This document shows, piece by piece, positions 1-8,936 of a DNA stretch of 32,000 bases. This DNA comes from Bifidobacterium longum subsp. longum JCM 1217 (GTDB lineage Bacteria; Actinomycetota; Actinomycetes; Actinomycetales; Bifidobacteriaceae). The position numbers and the translations under genes were made by a program. Under the pieces are notes generated by a model. The model was not told the origin of the DNA, ran no database searches, and saw only the letters and a list, made by a program, of their open reading frames with translations. The stretch covers positions 1,200,001 through 1,232,000 of the forward strand of contig NC_015067.1 in assembly GCF_000196555.1 (NCBI RefSeq), given 5' to 3'. The first letter of the stretch is position 1; every line of letters starts with the position of its first letter.

Positions 1-55
1 GGTTGGCTTCGAGCAGTCGCGGGTCGGACAGGAGATACGGGTTGTGTTCGCTCAT
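1..55 (-). CDS. 5' end of an unidentified CDS running off the left edge (MSEHNPYLLSDPRLLEAN...)
   Basis: ATG at 55-53 overlaps the TGA (54-52) of the upstream 985-aa gene as an ATGA junction. Only 18 codons are visible, so no product call. Confidence 0.4.
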   Translation of the reverse strand, partial: MSEHNPYLLSDPRLLEAN

Positions 56-3009
56 GCGCCCCTCCTATGCCGCGCCGTGTTCGCCCGCTGTTCGGCGAGG
101 AACCTCCGGTAGTTCGGATCGTTGCTCTCGTCTGATATGTCGCCCCGCTGTTCGGCGCGGCTGAACCGCCGCTCCTCCGTGCTGCGCGCCCGTTCGCGTT
201 CCAGGAGCGCGCGCGTCGCCTCGCTGTTCGACGCGGGTATGCGGATCGGACGGGCCGGCGTGGCGGCGCGTCCGGACGCGGGCCGGTTCGTCCGGCCGCG
301 CCGCCGCATGTCGTTCAGGAGGCGTTCGCCGACGCGTATCAGCGTCCGCTCGTCCAACCCGTTGTTCACGGTCAGCTTGTAGCCTTTCCCGAAGCCGGCC
401 AGGAGGGCGTTCTTCGACGGGGCGAGGGGCCGGGCGGGCGCGTCGGGGCGCGCCCCCGGACGGCCGGCCGGGGGCCGGGACGCGTCCGCCCGGCTCGCGG
501 GGCCGTTCGCGGCGCGCATGCGCGACTGCGGGGAACCCTGGGCGAACGCGGGCCGGGACGGTGGGCGCGGGGCCTTCGCCTGCTCGTGGATGTCCTCGGC
601 GAGCTGGCCGATGTCCTCGGCCGCCGTGTCGGAGCGCATGATCTTCCTCACCTGGCTTTCGAGCTCGTCGCCCCGCAGGGATTTCGCCAATTCGGCGCGC
701 ACCTTGTTCTCGTATCGGACGGTCGCCAGCCGGTTCTCGTCCGGGGTGGGACGGTTCGCGAGATATTCGGTTCTCGCCCGCGCCTCCTTGTCTCTGGCGG
801 CGATGGCCGCCTTGTCCGCCTGGCTGGGCCCGTGCCCGCCGGCCGACCGGCCGCCGCCCGTCATGCCATGCATGGCCGGCCCCATGCCCGCCTTCACCCC
901 GTTCATCGCGGTCCCGGCGAACCCGCCGCGCCCACCGTCCTTCATGGCCATGCCCGCGGAGCCGAGCGCCATGGCGGCCGAGCCGCCGGTCGCCACGCAC
1001 ACGCCCGCCGCGATCGCGGCGCCCGCGGCCATGGTCAGGCCCCGTTTCATGCCGTTGCCGAACCCGGCGAGCTGGGCGAGGCCGGGCAGGCTGAACGGGT
1101 TGCCGATCCTCCACACCTTCACGCACAGGAGCTTCACGGCCTTCACGTACAGGATCGGCAGGAAGATCGCCGCGACGAGCAGGCCCGCGACCCCGCCCTG
1201 CGTGTTCCCGTCCGCGTCGACCAGGCCCAGGAGGGCCATGCCGATGTTGGTGAACAGGATGCCGAGACTGCCGAACAGGGCGACGACCGTGGGGCCCGCC
1301 ACCCATGCGAGCATCTGGACGAGCGCGTTGCCGACCGCCCGCCGGCCCGCGTCCGGGCTGACGGCGAGCAGGAGCAATGCGAGGAACAGGCCGAGCGCGG
1401 CCAGGCAGGCGACGAGCATGCTCAGCGTCTGCAGGCTGCCGCACAGCAATCCCCAGACGATCAGGTTCACCTCGCCGGCCACGCCGTTCAGGAACCCCTC
1501 CGACAGGGTGCCCAGGGAGCTTTTCCCGTGCTGCTGGTCGATGAGCCGGTAGGCGGCCGTGTTCTGCTGCATGTTCCCGCCGCCGTTCGTGAACACGAGC
1601 TGCTGCCAGCCGCTGGTCGCCGTGTTCACGTCGAACAGGAGCGTCAGGTTCGCGATCTCGCTGCGCTTGTTCGTCTTGTCCGAATCGTCGGTGACGGGCT
1701 TCGCCTTGTCCGCGTCGCCGCGCGTCACATAATACGTGTCGTTCCCGTCCGGGTCGATGCCGGTCAAAGCCGCCTCGCAGGAGGATGCGAGCGGCCCTCC
1801 CGCTTCCCGGCTGACGACGCCCGCCGCGGAGCCCGCCAGGGGTTTCCTCTCGATCGCGCCGACGAACTTGAAGCCCGCGCGCGCCTTGAACGAGCCGTCC
1901 GCATCCACCTTGCACACGTTCCACAGCATGACCCACCGGTCGAGCATCTGGGTGGTGGAATCCGCGGGCAGTTTCAGCGTGTACTGGACGCGCAGGTCCT
2001 TCGCCGTGCTCATCATGGTCGGCCAGAACGCGATCGCGTTCTGCTGGACGGCGTTCAAGCCGCCCATGCCCGCGGTCGTGATGTCGCTCATCGCCTTCGC
2101 GTCCGCGCCCGCACGGTATTCCAGGATCCGGCAGAACACGTTGCTCGCGTTCGCGCCCGCCCCGTAGGAGCCGCGCATCCACACGCGCAATCCGGTCTCC
2201 TCCCACATGAGGTTCACGCCGTCCGACATGGCGTTCCGGTTCTTGCGGGCCGCCTGGTTCAATACGGACGTGTACCGTCGGCAGGACGCCATGTTCGACT
2301 GGTCGGACGGGTCGGCGACCAGTCCGCCCGTCTTCTCCAACGCGCCGTTGAACGCCTTCGTGACGCCGCCGCCCGCCTCGTCGACCACGCTTTTCGCCGT
2401 GGACACCAGCCAGTACGGGGTGCCCGGGTACGCGTCCGTCGGATGGGCGGCGCTCGTCGCGCCCATCATGTAGAACAGGCCGAGCGCGAGGAACAGGCAG
2501 ACGAGCCGTCTGGCGAGCACGCCCGCCCCCTGCCGCATGTAGACGGCGACGACGCCCGCCACGATGGCGACGAGGACGGGGATGGCGAGGAAGAAGCCGA
2601 TGGTCGCCGGATCGAACAGGGCCTTGTAGATGCCGGCCGCCATCGTGTTCGCGGCCGGGCCGGCCAGGGCGATCGCCTTGTCCGACCCGGCCAGGACGCC
2701 GCCGTCGGCCAGGTTCGCGGCCGCCGCCCACATGCCGTTGCCCACCGCGTTCAGCATGTGGCCGAGCGAGTTGCCGATGGCGTCCGTGAAGTTGAGCATG
2801 TTCACGATCTTCGACGCGAAATCCTCGCGGCTGGTGCCCGATATGGTGGCCGTCGCCCACCGGTCGACGGGCAGGCAGTCGAGCGCCCTGCAGACCACGT
2901 CCGTGTTGAGCGTGTCCGCGCTGGCGGGCGCGCCCGGCGTGACGCCCGCCCCCTGCCCGCCGCCCGCGTCCTGCGTGGCGAGCACGATCATGTCCGACAT
3001 GAATCCCAT
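52..3009 (-). CDS. Large polytopic membrane protein, VirB6/TrbL/TcpH-like T4SS channel component (call by architecture and context)
   Basis: 985-aa ORF with AAGGAGG 7 nt upstream of the ATG at 3009. Several long hydrophobic segments (IGFFLAIPVLVAIVAGVVAVY, LSMLVACLAALGLFLALLLLAV, GVAGLLVAAIFLPILYV) and a Gly/Ala/Arg/Pro-rich low-complexity C-terminus. Sits in a run of T4SS-like genes. Confidence 0.65.
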   Translation of the reverse strand: MGFMSDMIVLATQDAGGGQGAGVTPGAPASADTLNTDVVCRALDCLPVDRWATATISGTSREDFASKIVNMLNFTDAIGNSLGHMLNAVGNGMWAAAANLADGGVLAGSDKAIALAGPAANTMAAGIYKALFDPATIGFFLAIPVLVAIVAGVVAVYMRQGAGVLARRLVCLFLALGLFYMMGATSAAHPTDAYPGTPYWLVSTAKSVVDEAGGGVTKAFNGALEKTGGLVADPSDQSNMASCRRYTSVLNQAARKNRNAMSDGVNLMWEETGLRVWMRGSYGAGANASNVFCRILEYRAGADAKAMSDITTAGMGGLNAVQQNAIAFWPTMMSTAKDLRVQYTLKLPADSTTQMLDRWVMLWNVCKVDADGSFKARAGFKFVGAIERKPLAGSAAGVVSREAGGPLASSCEAALTGIDPDGNDTYYVTRGDADKAKPVTDDSDKTNKRSEIANLTLLFDVNTATSGWQQLVFTNGGGNMQQNTAAYRLIDQQHGKSSLGTLSEGFLNGVAGEVNLIVWGLLCGSLQTLSMLVACLAALGLFLALLLLAVSPDAGRRAVGNALVQMLAWVAGPTVVALFGSLGILFTNIGMALLGLVDADGNTQGGVAGLLVAAIFLPILYVKAVKLLCVKVWRIGNPFSLPGLAQLAGFGNGMKRGLTMAAGAAIAAGVCVATGGSAAMALGSAGMAMKDGGRGGFAGTAMNGVKAGMGPAMHGMTGGGRSAGGHGPSQADKAAIAARDKEARARTEYLANRPTPDENRLATVRYENKVRAELAKSLRGDELESQVRKIMRSDTAAEDIGQLAEDIHEQAKAPRPPSRPAFAQGSPQSRMRAANGPASRADASRPPAGRPGARPDAPARPLAPSKNALLAGFGKGYKLTVNNGLDERTLIRVGERLLNDMRRRGRTNRPASGRAATPARPIRIPASNSEATRALLERERARSTEERRFSRAEQRGDISDESNDPNYRRFLAEQRANTARHRRGA

Positions 3010-3028
3010 GCGGGATCCTCCTTCGTTG

Positions 3029-3424
3029 TCAGCGGTCGATCACGTGGTCGTGGAATTCGATGAGCTCGTAGCCGCCCGGATCGTACGGTTCGAGGCTTCC
3101 CGGACGGACGAACCGGCCGTCCATGCCGTGCCGGCGCGCCATGATCCGGTCGATGCGCCGCATGTTGCGCTCCCCCTCCACGCTGCGCCGGCGGACGAAC
3201 AGGACGAGCGCGGCGACCATGCCCGCGGGGATCAGCAGGTACGGCCACCATTGGCCGGCGGCGGCCGGCAGCACGCGTACGAGCGTGGCGAGCGCCGCGC
3301 CCGCCACGGCGCCCGCCACGGCGATGAACAGGTTCGTGCTGGACACCCATTGGCGTCCGCCCAGGTGCAGTTCGTCGACCTGGGAGACGCGCTGGCCGCT
3401 GACCGACGTCAGATCGAACAGCAT
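3029..3424 (-). CDS. Small two-TM membrane protein in the position of PrgI/VirB3-like T4SS components
   Basis: 131-aa ORF with two hydrophobic helices (NLFIAVAGAVAGAALATLV, WWPYLLIPAGMVAALVLFV) followed by a soluble tail. Tightly packed between two other membrane-protein genes on the same strand. Confidence 0.6.
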   Translation of the reverse strand: MLFDLTSVSGQRVSQVDELHLGGRQWVSSTNLFIAVAGAVAGAALATLVRVLPAAAGQWWPYLLIPAGMVAALVLFVRRRSVEGERNMRRIDRIMARRHGMDGRFVRPGSLEPYDPGGYELIEFHDHVIDR

Positions 3425-3428
3425 GATC

Positions 3429-3791
3429 CTACAGTCCGAACACCTGGGAGATGACGTTCAACACGATCTGGAACAGCATGGCGACCAGTCCGGCGGCGAA
3501 CGGGAGGATCTGGGAGGGCAGGATGCCGCACAGGCCGAGCGTGATGCCCGCGCAGCACCATCCGACCGTGCCTCCCCCCTGCAGCGCCTGCCCGATCTGC
3601 GTGGACGGCCACCATTTGCGCAGGACGAGCAGCACGACGCAGGTGATGATCACGACCGCGCCGAGCAGGACGAGCAGGGTCGCGAGCGCCGCGTTGCCCG
3701 TCACAAAGCCGCACAGTTTCGCCACGCCGTCCATGATGGGCCGCACGATCTGGGGTGCGGCGGCGACTTCCACGCTTCGCATGGCTTCCAT
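3429..3791 (-). CDS. Small multi-TM membrane protein (possible VirB2/TrbC-like pilin-type component)
   Basis: 120-aa ORF with GGAAGGAAAGG directly upstream of the ATG at 3791. Three hydrophobic stretches. First gene of the minus-strand T4SS operon. Confidence 0.55.
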   Translation of the reverse strand: MEAMRSVEVAAAPQIVRPIMDGVAKLCGFVTGNAALATLLVLLGAVVIITCVVLLVLRKWWPSTQIGQALQGGGTVGWCCAGITLGLCGILPSQILPFAAGLVAMLFQIVLNVISQVFGL

Positions 3792-3807
3792 CCTTTCCTT
3801 CCGACGT

Positions 3808-3850
3808 CATGATGCACGCCCCCTATGCGGCATAGGGGGCGTGCATCATG
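3808..3850. promoter_or_regulatory. 43-bp perfect palindrome (two 21-bp arms around G3829) in the divergent T4SS control region
   Basis: catgatgcacgccccctatgc g gcatagggggcgtgcatcatg. The arms are exact reverse complements. The right arm ends in the ATG of the 3848 gene, and the core contains the GCATAG box seen upstream of other genes. Confidence 0.7.
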
Positions 3851-4837
3851 CGAAGGAAAAGAATCGACGAGGACGCGGGCTGGCGCGCCCCCGACCCGAA
3901 ACGCGACGGCGACCCGGACCGCCAGTTCTCGAGGCGCGCGTTCCGCCTCACCGGCCTGCGGCTGCTCAGATGGCAGCGGTGGATCGCGATCATGCTGCTC
4001 CTGATCGTCGCCTATCTCATGTCGAACCCGCCGGACGCGTCGAAGCCCGCCCCCGCCGCGGACCTCGATCCCGCGGGACGCGTCGAATCATGGGCGTTGA
4101 CGGAGCAATGGCTCGCCAAGGGCGCGTTGGGCGCGGACGCGCGGATCGTCAGCTGGAACGGACAATCCCACGCCACCGTGTCGGACGGGTCCAAGGACAT
4201 GACATTGAGCGTGAACACGCTGATCGTGGACTCCGCGGCCGGCTGGTGGCGGGTCAGGACCACGGTCACGCCCGACGGGCGCCTGTCCGGCTGGCCGAGC
4301 GTGGAACGACTCGGCCTGGCGGGCGCGGACGACAGGGGCGATACGGGCATGTGGAAGGACACGCTCGGACAATTGACCGCGTCCGACATGCTGGACACGA
4401 CCGTGCGCAAATGGGCGGACGCGTTCATGGGCTCCGATTCGGACATGCTGACCGTGCTCGTCAACGATCCGGATCCGAACGCCTGGTATCGGGCGCAGGG
4501 GCTCGGCAAGGCGGCGGCGGCCACCATCGACGGGGGCGCCTACCTGGACAAGGGGAACGTGGACCGTAACGAACGCAGGTCGGACCGGGCGGCGCTCAGG
4601 GTCACCGTCACCGTCGCGCACGCGGACGCGGGCGACGGTTCGGCCGCCCAATCCCAATACTCGTACGATCTGCTGGTCGCCGACCCGGACGGCACGCCGC
4701 GCATCCTCGCCTGGGGGGCTCCCGGCACGGGCGCGACCCTCAGGGAGCATGGGAACCGGGCGCCCGGCGCGCGCCCCGCGCACGACGCGTCATCCGACAC
4801 GTCCGCGTCCGCGGGCACGGGGGGCGCGGCGAAATGA
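3848..4837 (+). CDS. TcpC-like conjugative transfer protein (N-terminal TM anchor plus two soluble halves)
   Basis: 329-aa ORF with a basic N-terminus followed by one TM (WIAIMLLLIVAYLM). Located immediately upstream of the CHAP and NlpC/P60 hydrolases, as in Gram-positive T4SS loci. The family call is contextual. Confidence 0.55.
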   Translation: MRRKRIDEDAGWRAPDPKRDGDPDRQFSRRAFRLTGLRLLRWQRWIAIMLLLIVAYLMSNPPDASKPAPAADLDPAGRVESWALTEQWLAKGALGADARIVSWNGQSHATVSDGSKDMTLSVNTLIVDSAAGWWRVRTTVTPDGRLSGWPSVERLGLAGADDRGDTGMWKDTLGQLTASDMLDTTVRKWADAFMGSDSDMLTVLVNDPDPNAWYRAQGLGKAAAATIDGGAYLDKGNVDRNERRSDRAALRVTVTVAHADAGDGSAAQSQYSYDLLVADPDGTPRILAWGAPGTGATLREHGNRAPGARPAHDASSDTSASAGTGGAAK

Positions 4838-5595
4838 GGGGAACGCATACCCGGGTCCGGCATGGGAGGACGGACATGACGGCGGACACGAGACGGGATC
4901 GGACCAGACTGCGGCGCGGGCGCGTCAGGCAGCGGCATGTCGCCCTGCTCCTCCTGTTCGCGCTCGCGGCGTCGGGCATGGGAGCATGGCTCGCGAACCC
5001 CGCGCCCGCGACGGCGGACACGACGGTCCGCGCCTCGATCGGCGTGCAGGGCCGTCCCGACCCGTTCCCCGCCGCGGACCGCGACCGGACGCGCACGGAC
5101 CTGACGGTGGACGGCACATGGGATATGGGCGACCGGCCGGAGGGCAAGCTCACCATCATCCACGCGGACAATCCAACGGTCCGTGACCTGATCAACGGGC
5201 GCGACGAGGATCAGACTCCGACCGGATTCAATCCGGACCATGCGACCGGCGACACGGGCAACGCGTACGCGTACGGGCAATGCACATGGTGGGCGTATGT
5301 GCGGCGCACGCAACTGGGATTGCCGGTCGGCAGCCGGCTGGGGGATGGCGGCATGTGGGCCGATTCCGCCAAGGCGCTCGGCTATTGGGTGGATGATACT
5401 CCCCGACAAGGGGATGTGATCGTGTTCAGCCCGGCGCAGGTCAACAACGCATGGGGGCACGTCGCCATCGTGGAGAAGGTCAACGGCGACGGTTCCATCG
5501 AGATCAGCGAAGCGAACGTGAACGGGCAGGTCGGCCCGTTCCGACGCGCCATCGAGGCGAAACAGACGCATGCATACCAGTACATCCACTATTAG
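4834..5595 (+). CDS. CHAP-domain peptidoglycan amidase/endopeptidase
   Basis: ATGA overlap with the upstream stop. N-terminal TM/signal (VALLLLFALAASGMGAWLA). CHAP catalytic Cys context YGQCTWWAY and His context WGHVAIVEKV. Confidence 0.85.
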   Translation: MRGTHTRVRHGRTDMTADTRRDRTRLRRGRVRQRHVALLLLFALAASGMGAWLANPAPATADTTVRASIGVQGRPDPFPAADRDRTRTDLTVDGTWDMGDRPEGKLTIIHADNPTVRDLINGRDEDQTPTGFNPDHATGDTGNAYAYGQCTWWAYVRRTQLGLPVGSRLGDGGMWADSAKALGYWVDDTPRQGDVIVFSPAQVNNAWGHVAIVEKVNGDGSIEISEANVNGQVGPFRRAIEAKQTHAYQYIHY

Positions 5596-6280
5596 AAGAG
5601 CTCCCATTGTCCTGACGGTTCTCCTGCCAATCGTCATGCTCGCCATGCCGACGATCCCGGCATGGGCGGACGCCGCCGATTCGGCTCCAATCCACATGGC
5701 GAGCAGTGTCAGATCGTTCCCGAAACACTTGGTTCCGCATCGTTCGTTCAGTGAGGCCGTATCGACCGACGTGGACGGCTCATGGGGAGGCATCGAAACC
5801 CTGGACGTGCCGCATGCGGAAAGCCCCGAGGAACAGGCCACGCGCATCCAGGCCGAACAGGCGCGACAGTCGGAGGCCGCGTCACGCGCCGAGCCACGCA
5901 CACCGGCCGTATCGGCGCCGACGACAGGTGACAAGGAGAAACCCGCCTCGGATACGGCCGCCGCCCTGGTCTCCTACGCGCTCCAATACCAGGGCGCGCC
6001 ATACGTGTACGGGGGCAATACGCCTGCCGGCTGGGATTGCAGTGGTTTCACCCAATACGTGTACGCGCGGTTCGGCATCCAATTGCCGCACCCGTCCGGC
6101 ATGCAGGCCACGATCGGCACGCCCGTTACTGACCCGCAGCCGGGTGATCTTATGGCAAACGCGGGGCATGCGGGCATTTACATCGGCAACGGTCTGATGA
6201 TCCATGCGATGAACCCGGTCGACGGCACGAAGGTCACGGCCGTCATGCCCGGCATGGGATATTATCGCCTGCTCGGCTAG
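5570..6280 (+). CDS. NlpC/P60-family peptidoglycan endopeptidase
   Basis: Signal-like N-terminus (IVLTVLLPIVMLAMPTIPAWADA). NlpC/P60 motifs YVYGGNTPAGWDCSGFTQYVY and GHAGIYIGNGLMIHA. Confidence 0.85.
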   Translation: MHTSTSTIRRAPIVLTVLLPIVMLAMPTIPAWADAADSAPIHMASSVRSFPKHLVPHRSFSEAVSTDVDGSWGGIETLDVPHAESPEEQATRIQAEQARQSEAASRAEPRTPAVSAPTTGDKEKPASDTAAALVSYALQYQGAPYVYGGNTPAGWDCSGFTQYVYARFGIQLPHPSGMQATIGTPVTDPQPGDLMANAGHAGIYIGNGLMIHAMNPVDGTKVTAVMPGMGYYRLLG

Positions 6281-6302
6281 GGCACGCTATACTGTGTGGA
6301 AA

Positions 6303-6352
6303 GGGTCGGCGCGCGTTTTCCGGTTCTCTGTCCGAACGACGCGCGTCGACCC
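6303..6352. terminator. Hairpin between convergent genes (13-bp stem with one mismatch and a large loop)
   Basis: gggtcggcgcgcg (6303-6315) pairs with cgcgcgtcgaccc (6340-6352) and is followed by ttctttgt. Lies between the stop at 6280 (+) and the stop at 6360 (-). Confidence 0.4.
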
Positions 6353-6359
6353 TTCTTTG

Positions 6360-6626
6360 TCACCGGTTGTTGTTGGCGTACGGGTTTTGCGTATTGCCTG
6401 ATGTTACGGGCGGTTGGGCCGCCTGCTGTGGAGGCGCGTATTGGCCTGCGTCCGGCGGCGGGATCATGCCATTGCCGGTACCGGGCACCTGAGGCGGATA
6501 CGGGTTCACCGGAGGCAACGGCCCCCGCGCCCGCGCGGCGGACGGTGTCCGGGTCGGAAGGATGGCCCGTATGGCGTGTTCCCGTAGTGGTTTTTGTCCG
6601 GTCAAGCCGCATCCTCCCGTCCGCAT
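6360..6626 (-). CDS. Hypothetical Pro/Gln-rich protein (weak call)
   Basis: 88-aa ORF ending just before the convergent hairpin. Third-position GC is moderately high by hand count. Low-complexity PPVNPYPPQVPG...QQAAQPP tail. The start is uncertain. Confidence 0.3.
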   Translation of the reverse strand: MRTGGCGLTGQKPLREHAIRAILPTRTPSAARARGPLPPVNPYPPQVPGTGNGMIPPPDAGQYAPPQQAAQPPVTSGNTQNPYANNNR

Positions 6627-6799
6627 GCGGGTCCCAGGGGGCCGGCGGGCAGCACGATCATGACCTTGCGGCCCCGATCGTCCGCCAGGGCGGCCCGCAT
6701 GCCCCGCCGTCTCGCCTCATGCAGGACGGACAACGCGAGCATGTCCGGATCCGATCCGTGCAGGACGGTGCGTTCGCCGCCGATGATGAGCATCGCCAT
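6602..6799 (-). CDS. Small hypothetical protein (65 aa, MAMLIIGGERTVLHGSDPDML...)
   Basis: Internal ATG of the 6602..7036 track ORF, preceded by AAGGAGA with an 8-nt spacer. Starts 20 nt after the stop of the upstream gene on the same strand. Confidence 0.55.
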   Translation of the reverse strand: MAMLIIGGERTVLHGSDPDMLALSVLHEARRRGMRAALADDRGRKVMIVLPAGPLGPACGREDAA

Positions 6800-6819
6800 C
6801 GCGCGTGTCTCCTTCGCCT

Positions 6820-7668
6820 TCAGTCGATGTTGCCGAGCAGTCGGGCGGCGAGCCGGTAGCGGCGGTCCATCCCGCGCGCCGCCGTCCCCGGATCCGCCTC
6901 CTCGCCCATATGCGCGTCCGTGTCCTCCAAAAGGATCCGCTCCCGTTCCGGATCGAGCCCGTAGCGGCCGGCGAGCGCACGGGAATACTGTCCCACGCCG
7001 TCCCCCTCCGCGATGCGTTCGCCCAACGCGTCCCATTCCTTCTCGTCCGCCAGGGCGAGCATGTTGTCGCGCCGGACCTGCTCGTTGAGCTGGCGGGCTT
7101 TGGCGAGCATGTAGGCGGCCGCCTCCCTGGTGCCGGAGATCTCCTTGCCGCGTTTCTCCTCATAGGCGCGGATCTCGTCCGGATGCCTCCGTCGATGCCG
7201 TTCGAACGCGTCGATCGCGTCCACATGCTTCTTCGACGGTTTCGGCTCCTGCCTCAACCGTTCGATCTCCGCGTCCACCCACCGGTCGAGTTCGCCGAAT
7301 TCGGGATCCCGTTCGCGTTGCAGGTCGCGGCGGGCGAGCATGAACGCGGCCGCCTCCCGGTCCGACGAGATCGGGTCGCGGCGTCGGGCGACGAAAGCGC
7401 CCGCCTCGTCCGCATGCCCCGCCCGCCATCGGTCGAACGCGGCGGCCCACCGGCGGGTCGTGCGGTGTCTGACGTCCCGTTCCTCCAGTTCGAGCAGCCG
7501 ACCGTAATGCCCCTCCATGAGGGAGACGAACCGGGCGTGCCCATCGTCCGTCACGGGCGTGGGCGCGGCGACGTCATCCGGGGCCGCGCCCGTGTTTTTC
7601 GCCTCGTATCGGCCGCCTTCGGGCGTGCCCTTCGGCTTGTGGCTCCTGTTGTTCCTGTCCACGGTCAA
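6820..7668 (-). CDS. Leader-family protein A: conserved N-terminal module plus a unique helical body with internal repeats
   Basis: TTG start preceded by AGGAAAGGGGAA. N-terminus is (M)TVDRNNRSHKPKGTPEGGRYE...PDDVAAP. The body has repeated REAAAFMLARRDL / REAAAYMLAKARQL segments. Confidence 0.7.
   Translation of the reverse strand: MTVDRNNRSHKPKGTPEGGRYEAKNTGAAPDDVAAPTPVTDDGHARFVSLMEGHYGRLLELEERDVRHRTTRRWAAAFDRWRAGHADEAGAFVARRRDPISSDREAAAFMLARRDLQRERDPEFGELDRWVDAEIERLRQEPKPSKKHVDAIDAFERHRRRHPDEIRAYEEKRGKEISGTREAAAYMLAKARQLNEQVRRDNMLALADEKEWDALGERIAEGDGVGQYSRALAGRYGLDPERERILLEDTDAHMGEEADPGTAARGMDRRYRLAARLLGNID
7603..7667. repeat. Left copy of a 65-bp perfect inverted repeat (partner at 9174..9238)
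   Basis: The reverse complement of 7603-7667 is identical to 9174-9238 (tgaccgtggacaggaacaacaggagccacaagccgaagggcacgcccgaaggcggccgatacgag). It covers the first ~22 codons of leader genes A and B. Confidence 0.9.
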
Positions 7669-7686
7669 GACGCCGTTCCCCTTTCC

Positions 7687-8622
7687 TTACTGGTTCTTCC
7701 CGGCCACACAGCCGGCGAGGTAGGTGACGGTCTGCTGTTTCTCCCTCGGAGTCATCGTCAGACCGTATTTCGTTTTGATGCTGACGCGTTTCGCCATGTA
7801 GTCGCACCGGTACGCCTTGTTGTCCGGCATCCAGATGTCGGGCGCGCCCGTATGCTGCGTCAGGTATCCGGATCGTCCGTTCACGTCGATGCCGCTCCCC
7901 TTCGCCATGTTCGCCGGCCCGTCCGAGGCGAGGAGCACGTCCGGATCGTTCGCGTATTCGACGCGTTTCGCCTGATCCCAGTCGCGGGCGCCGGACGCCC
8001 AAGCGTCGTACAGGGACACCACATGGTCGATCTGCACGTCGGCGCTCGTCTTCACGCCCCGTCTGAACCCGATGGTCCCGCCCGTGTACGGGTCGCGCAG
8101 CGTGCCCGACACGACCCGGCATGAGGAGTCCTTCCTCACGCCGGTCATGTCACGGGCGAGGATCGTGTCCCTCGTGGTCGCCTTCCCGCAGCCGGACGAA
8201 GCCCAGCCGCCGAACCGCGTCTCACGGTCGTAGCCGCCCGGCCTGGCGTCCGCCGTGCCTATCCGGCCGGCCGCGTCCAACTGGGCCCGCCATGCGGCCG
8301 CATCCCCCGTCGGGGCCGTGTCCGGGGTTCTCCCCGTGCCCTTCGCCCCCGCGTCCGTCTCCCCGCCCGTATGGACGCCGAACAGGGAGAGCAGGCCCGA
8401 CAGGCTTTTGGCATCCGGGTTGCGTCCCGCATCCCCCTTCTTCGATTCGGCCAATGCGGCCGTGGACGCGTCCGGGTTCCCGACGCCCAGCGTCTCGGAC
8501 ACGGTCCGCCAGCCTCCCGAGGAGACGAGCACGACGACAAGCACGCCCACCATGACCAGGGTCGCGATCATGGACAGCAGCTGCCGGAACGGGCCTCCCC
8601 CATCGCCACGTCGCATGGTCAC
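7687..8622 (-). CDS. Membrane-anchored/secreted DUF1524 (GmrSD C-terminal-like, His-Me finger) nuclease
   Basis: N-terminal TM (LLSMIATLVMVGVLVVVLV). Motifs typical of the actinobacterial DUF1524 family: DPYTGGTIGF, VQIDHVVSLYDAWASGA, ANDPDVLLASDGPANMAKG, WMPDNKAYRCDY, IKTKYGL. Confidence 0.75.
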   Translation of the reverse strand: MTMRRGDGGGPFRQLLSMIATLVMVGVLVVVLVSSGGWRTVSETLGVGNPDASTAALAESKKGDAGRNPDAKSLSGLLSLFGVHTGGETDAGAKGTGRTPDTAPTGDAAAWRAQLDAAGRIGTADARPGGYDRETRFGGWASSGCGKATTRDTILARDMTGVRKDSSCRVVSGTLRDPYTGGTIGFRRGVKTSADVQIDHVVSLYDAWASGARDWDQAKRVEYANDPDVLLASDGPANMAKGSGIDVNGRSGYLTQHTGAPDIWMPDNKAYRCDYMAKRVSIKTKYGLTMTPREKQQTVTYLAGCVAGKNQ

Positions 8623-8915
8623 GCCTCCGGGATGTAGACGGGGGCCTGCACCTGTTCGAGCAGCCAGTTGATCGCGGGCGTCAATCCGGTCATGTTCAGG
8701 CCGAGCACGCCGAGCACGCCCATGATCATGATCGCGGACAGGAGCAATGCGAGGACGCGCAGGCCCATGGAGAGCGCGGACTGGGCGCGGTTGAACGCGA
8801 AGCCCACGAGGAGCGCGATCATGAGGACGATGAAGTACACGCCGAACGCGCCCGGCGCGGTGACGCTCGACCAGAATGCGCGCCAGCCGGTGACGCCGAT
8901 ATCAACAATGCTCAT
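8619..8915 (-). CDS. Small three-TM membrane protein
   Basis: 98-aa hydrophobic ORF. Its stop overlaps the start of the nuclease gene (8619-8622). GGGGGAGG lies upstream of the ATG, and the T of a GCATAG box is 12 nt from the start. Confidence 0.6.
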   Translation of the reverse strand: MSIVDIGVTGWRAFWSSVTAPGAFGVYFIVLMIALLVGFAFNRAQSALSMGLRVLALLLSAIMIMGVLGVLGLNMTGLTPAINWLLEQVQAPVYIPEA

Positions 8916-8936
8916 GGCCTCCCCCTATGCCCCAAA

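Noticed and set aside
65-3063. Long alternative-frame ORFs overlapping the VirB6-like gene (65..2860 minus, 586..3063 plus, 518..1552 plus)
   Set aside because: Their Arg/Gly/Pro/His-rich low-complexity translations are typical of off-frame and antisense reading of GC-rich coding DNA. The 52..3009 frame has the SD, the TM helices and the coupling to its neighbours.
6277-6859. ORFs 6277..6612 (minus) and 6296..6859 (plus) in the region after the NlpC/P60 gene
   Set aside because: They cross the convergent hairpin and have implausible composition. The SD-supported 6602..6799 gene and the weak 6360..6626 ORF explain the region better.
6805-8124. 439-aa plus-strand ORF across leader gene A and the nuclease gene
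   Set aside because: It is antisense to two genes with recognisable features, and its composition is typical of shadow ORFs.
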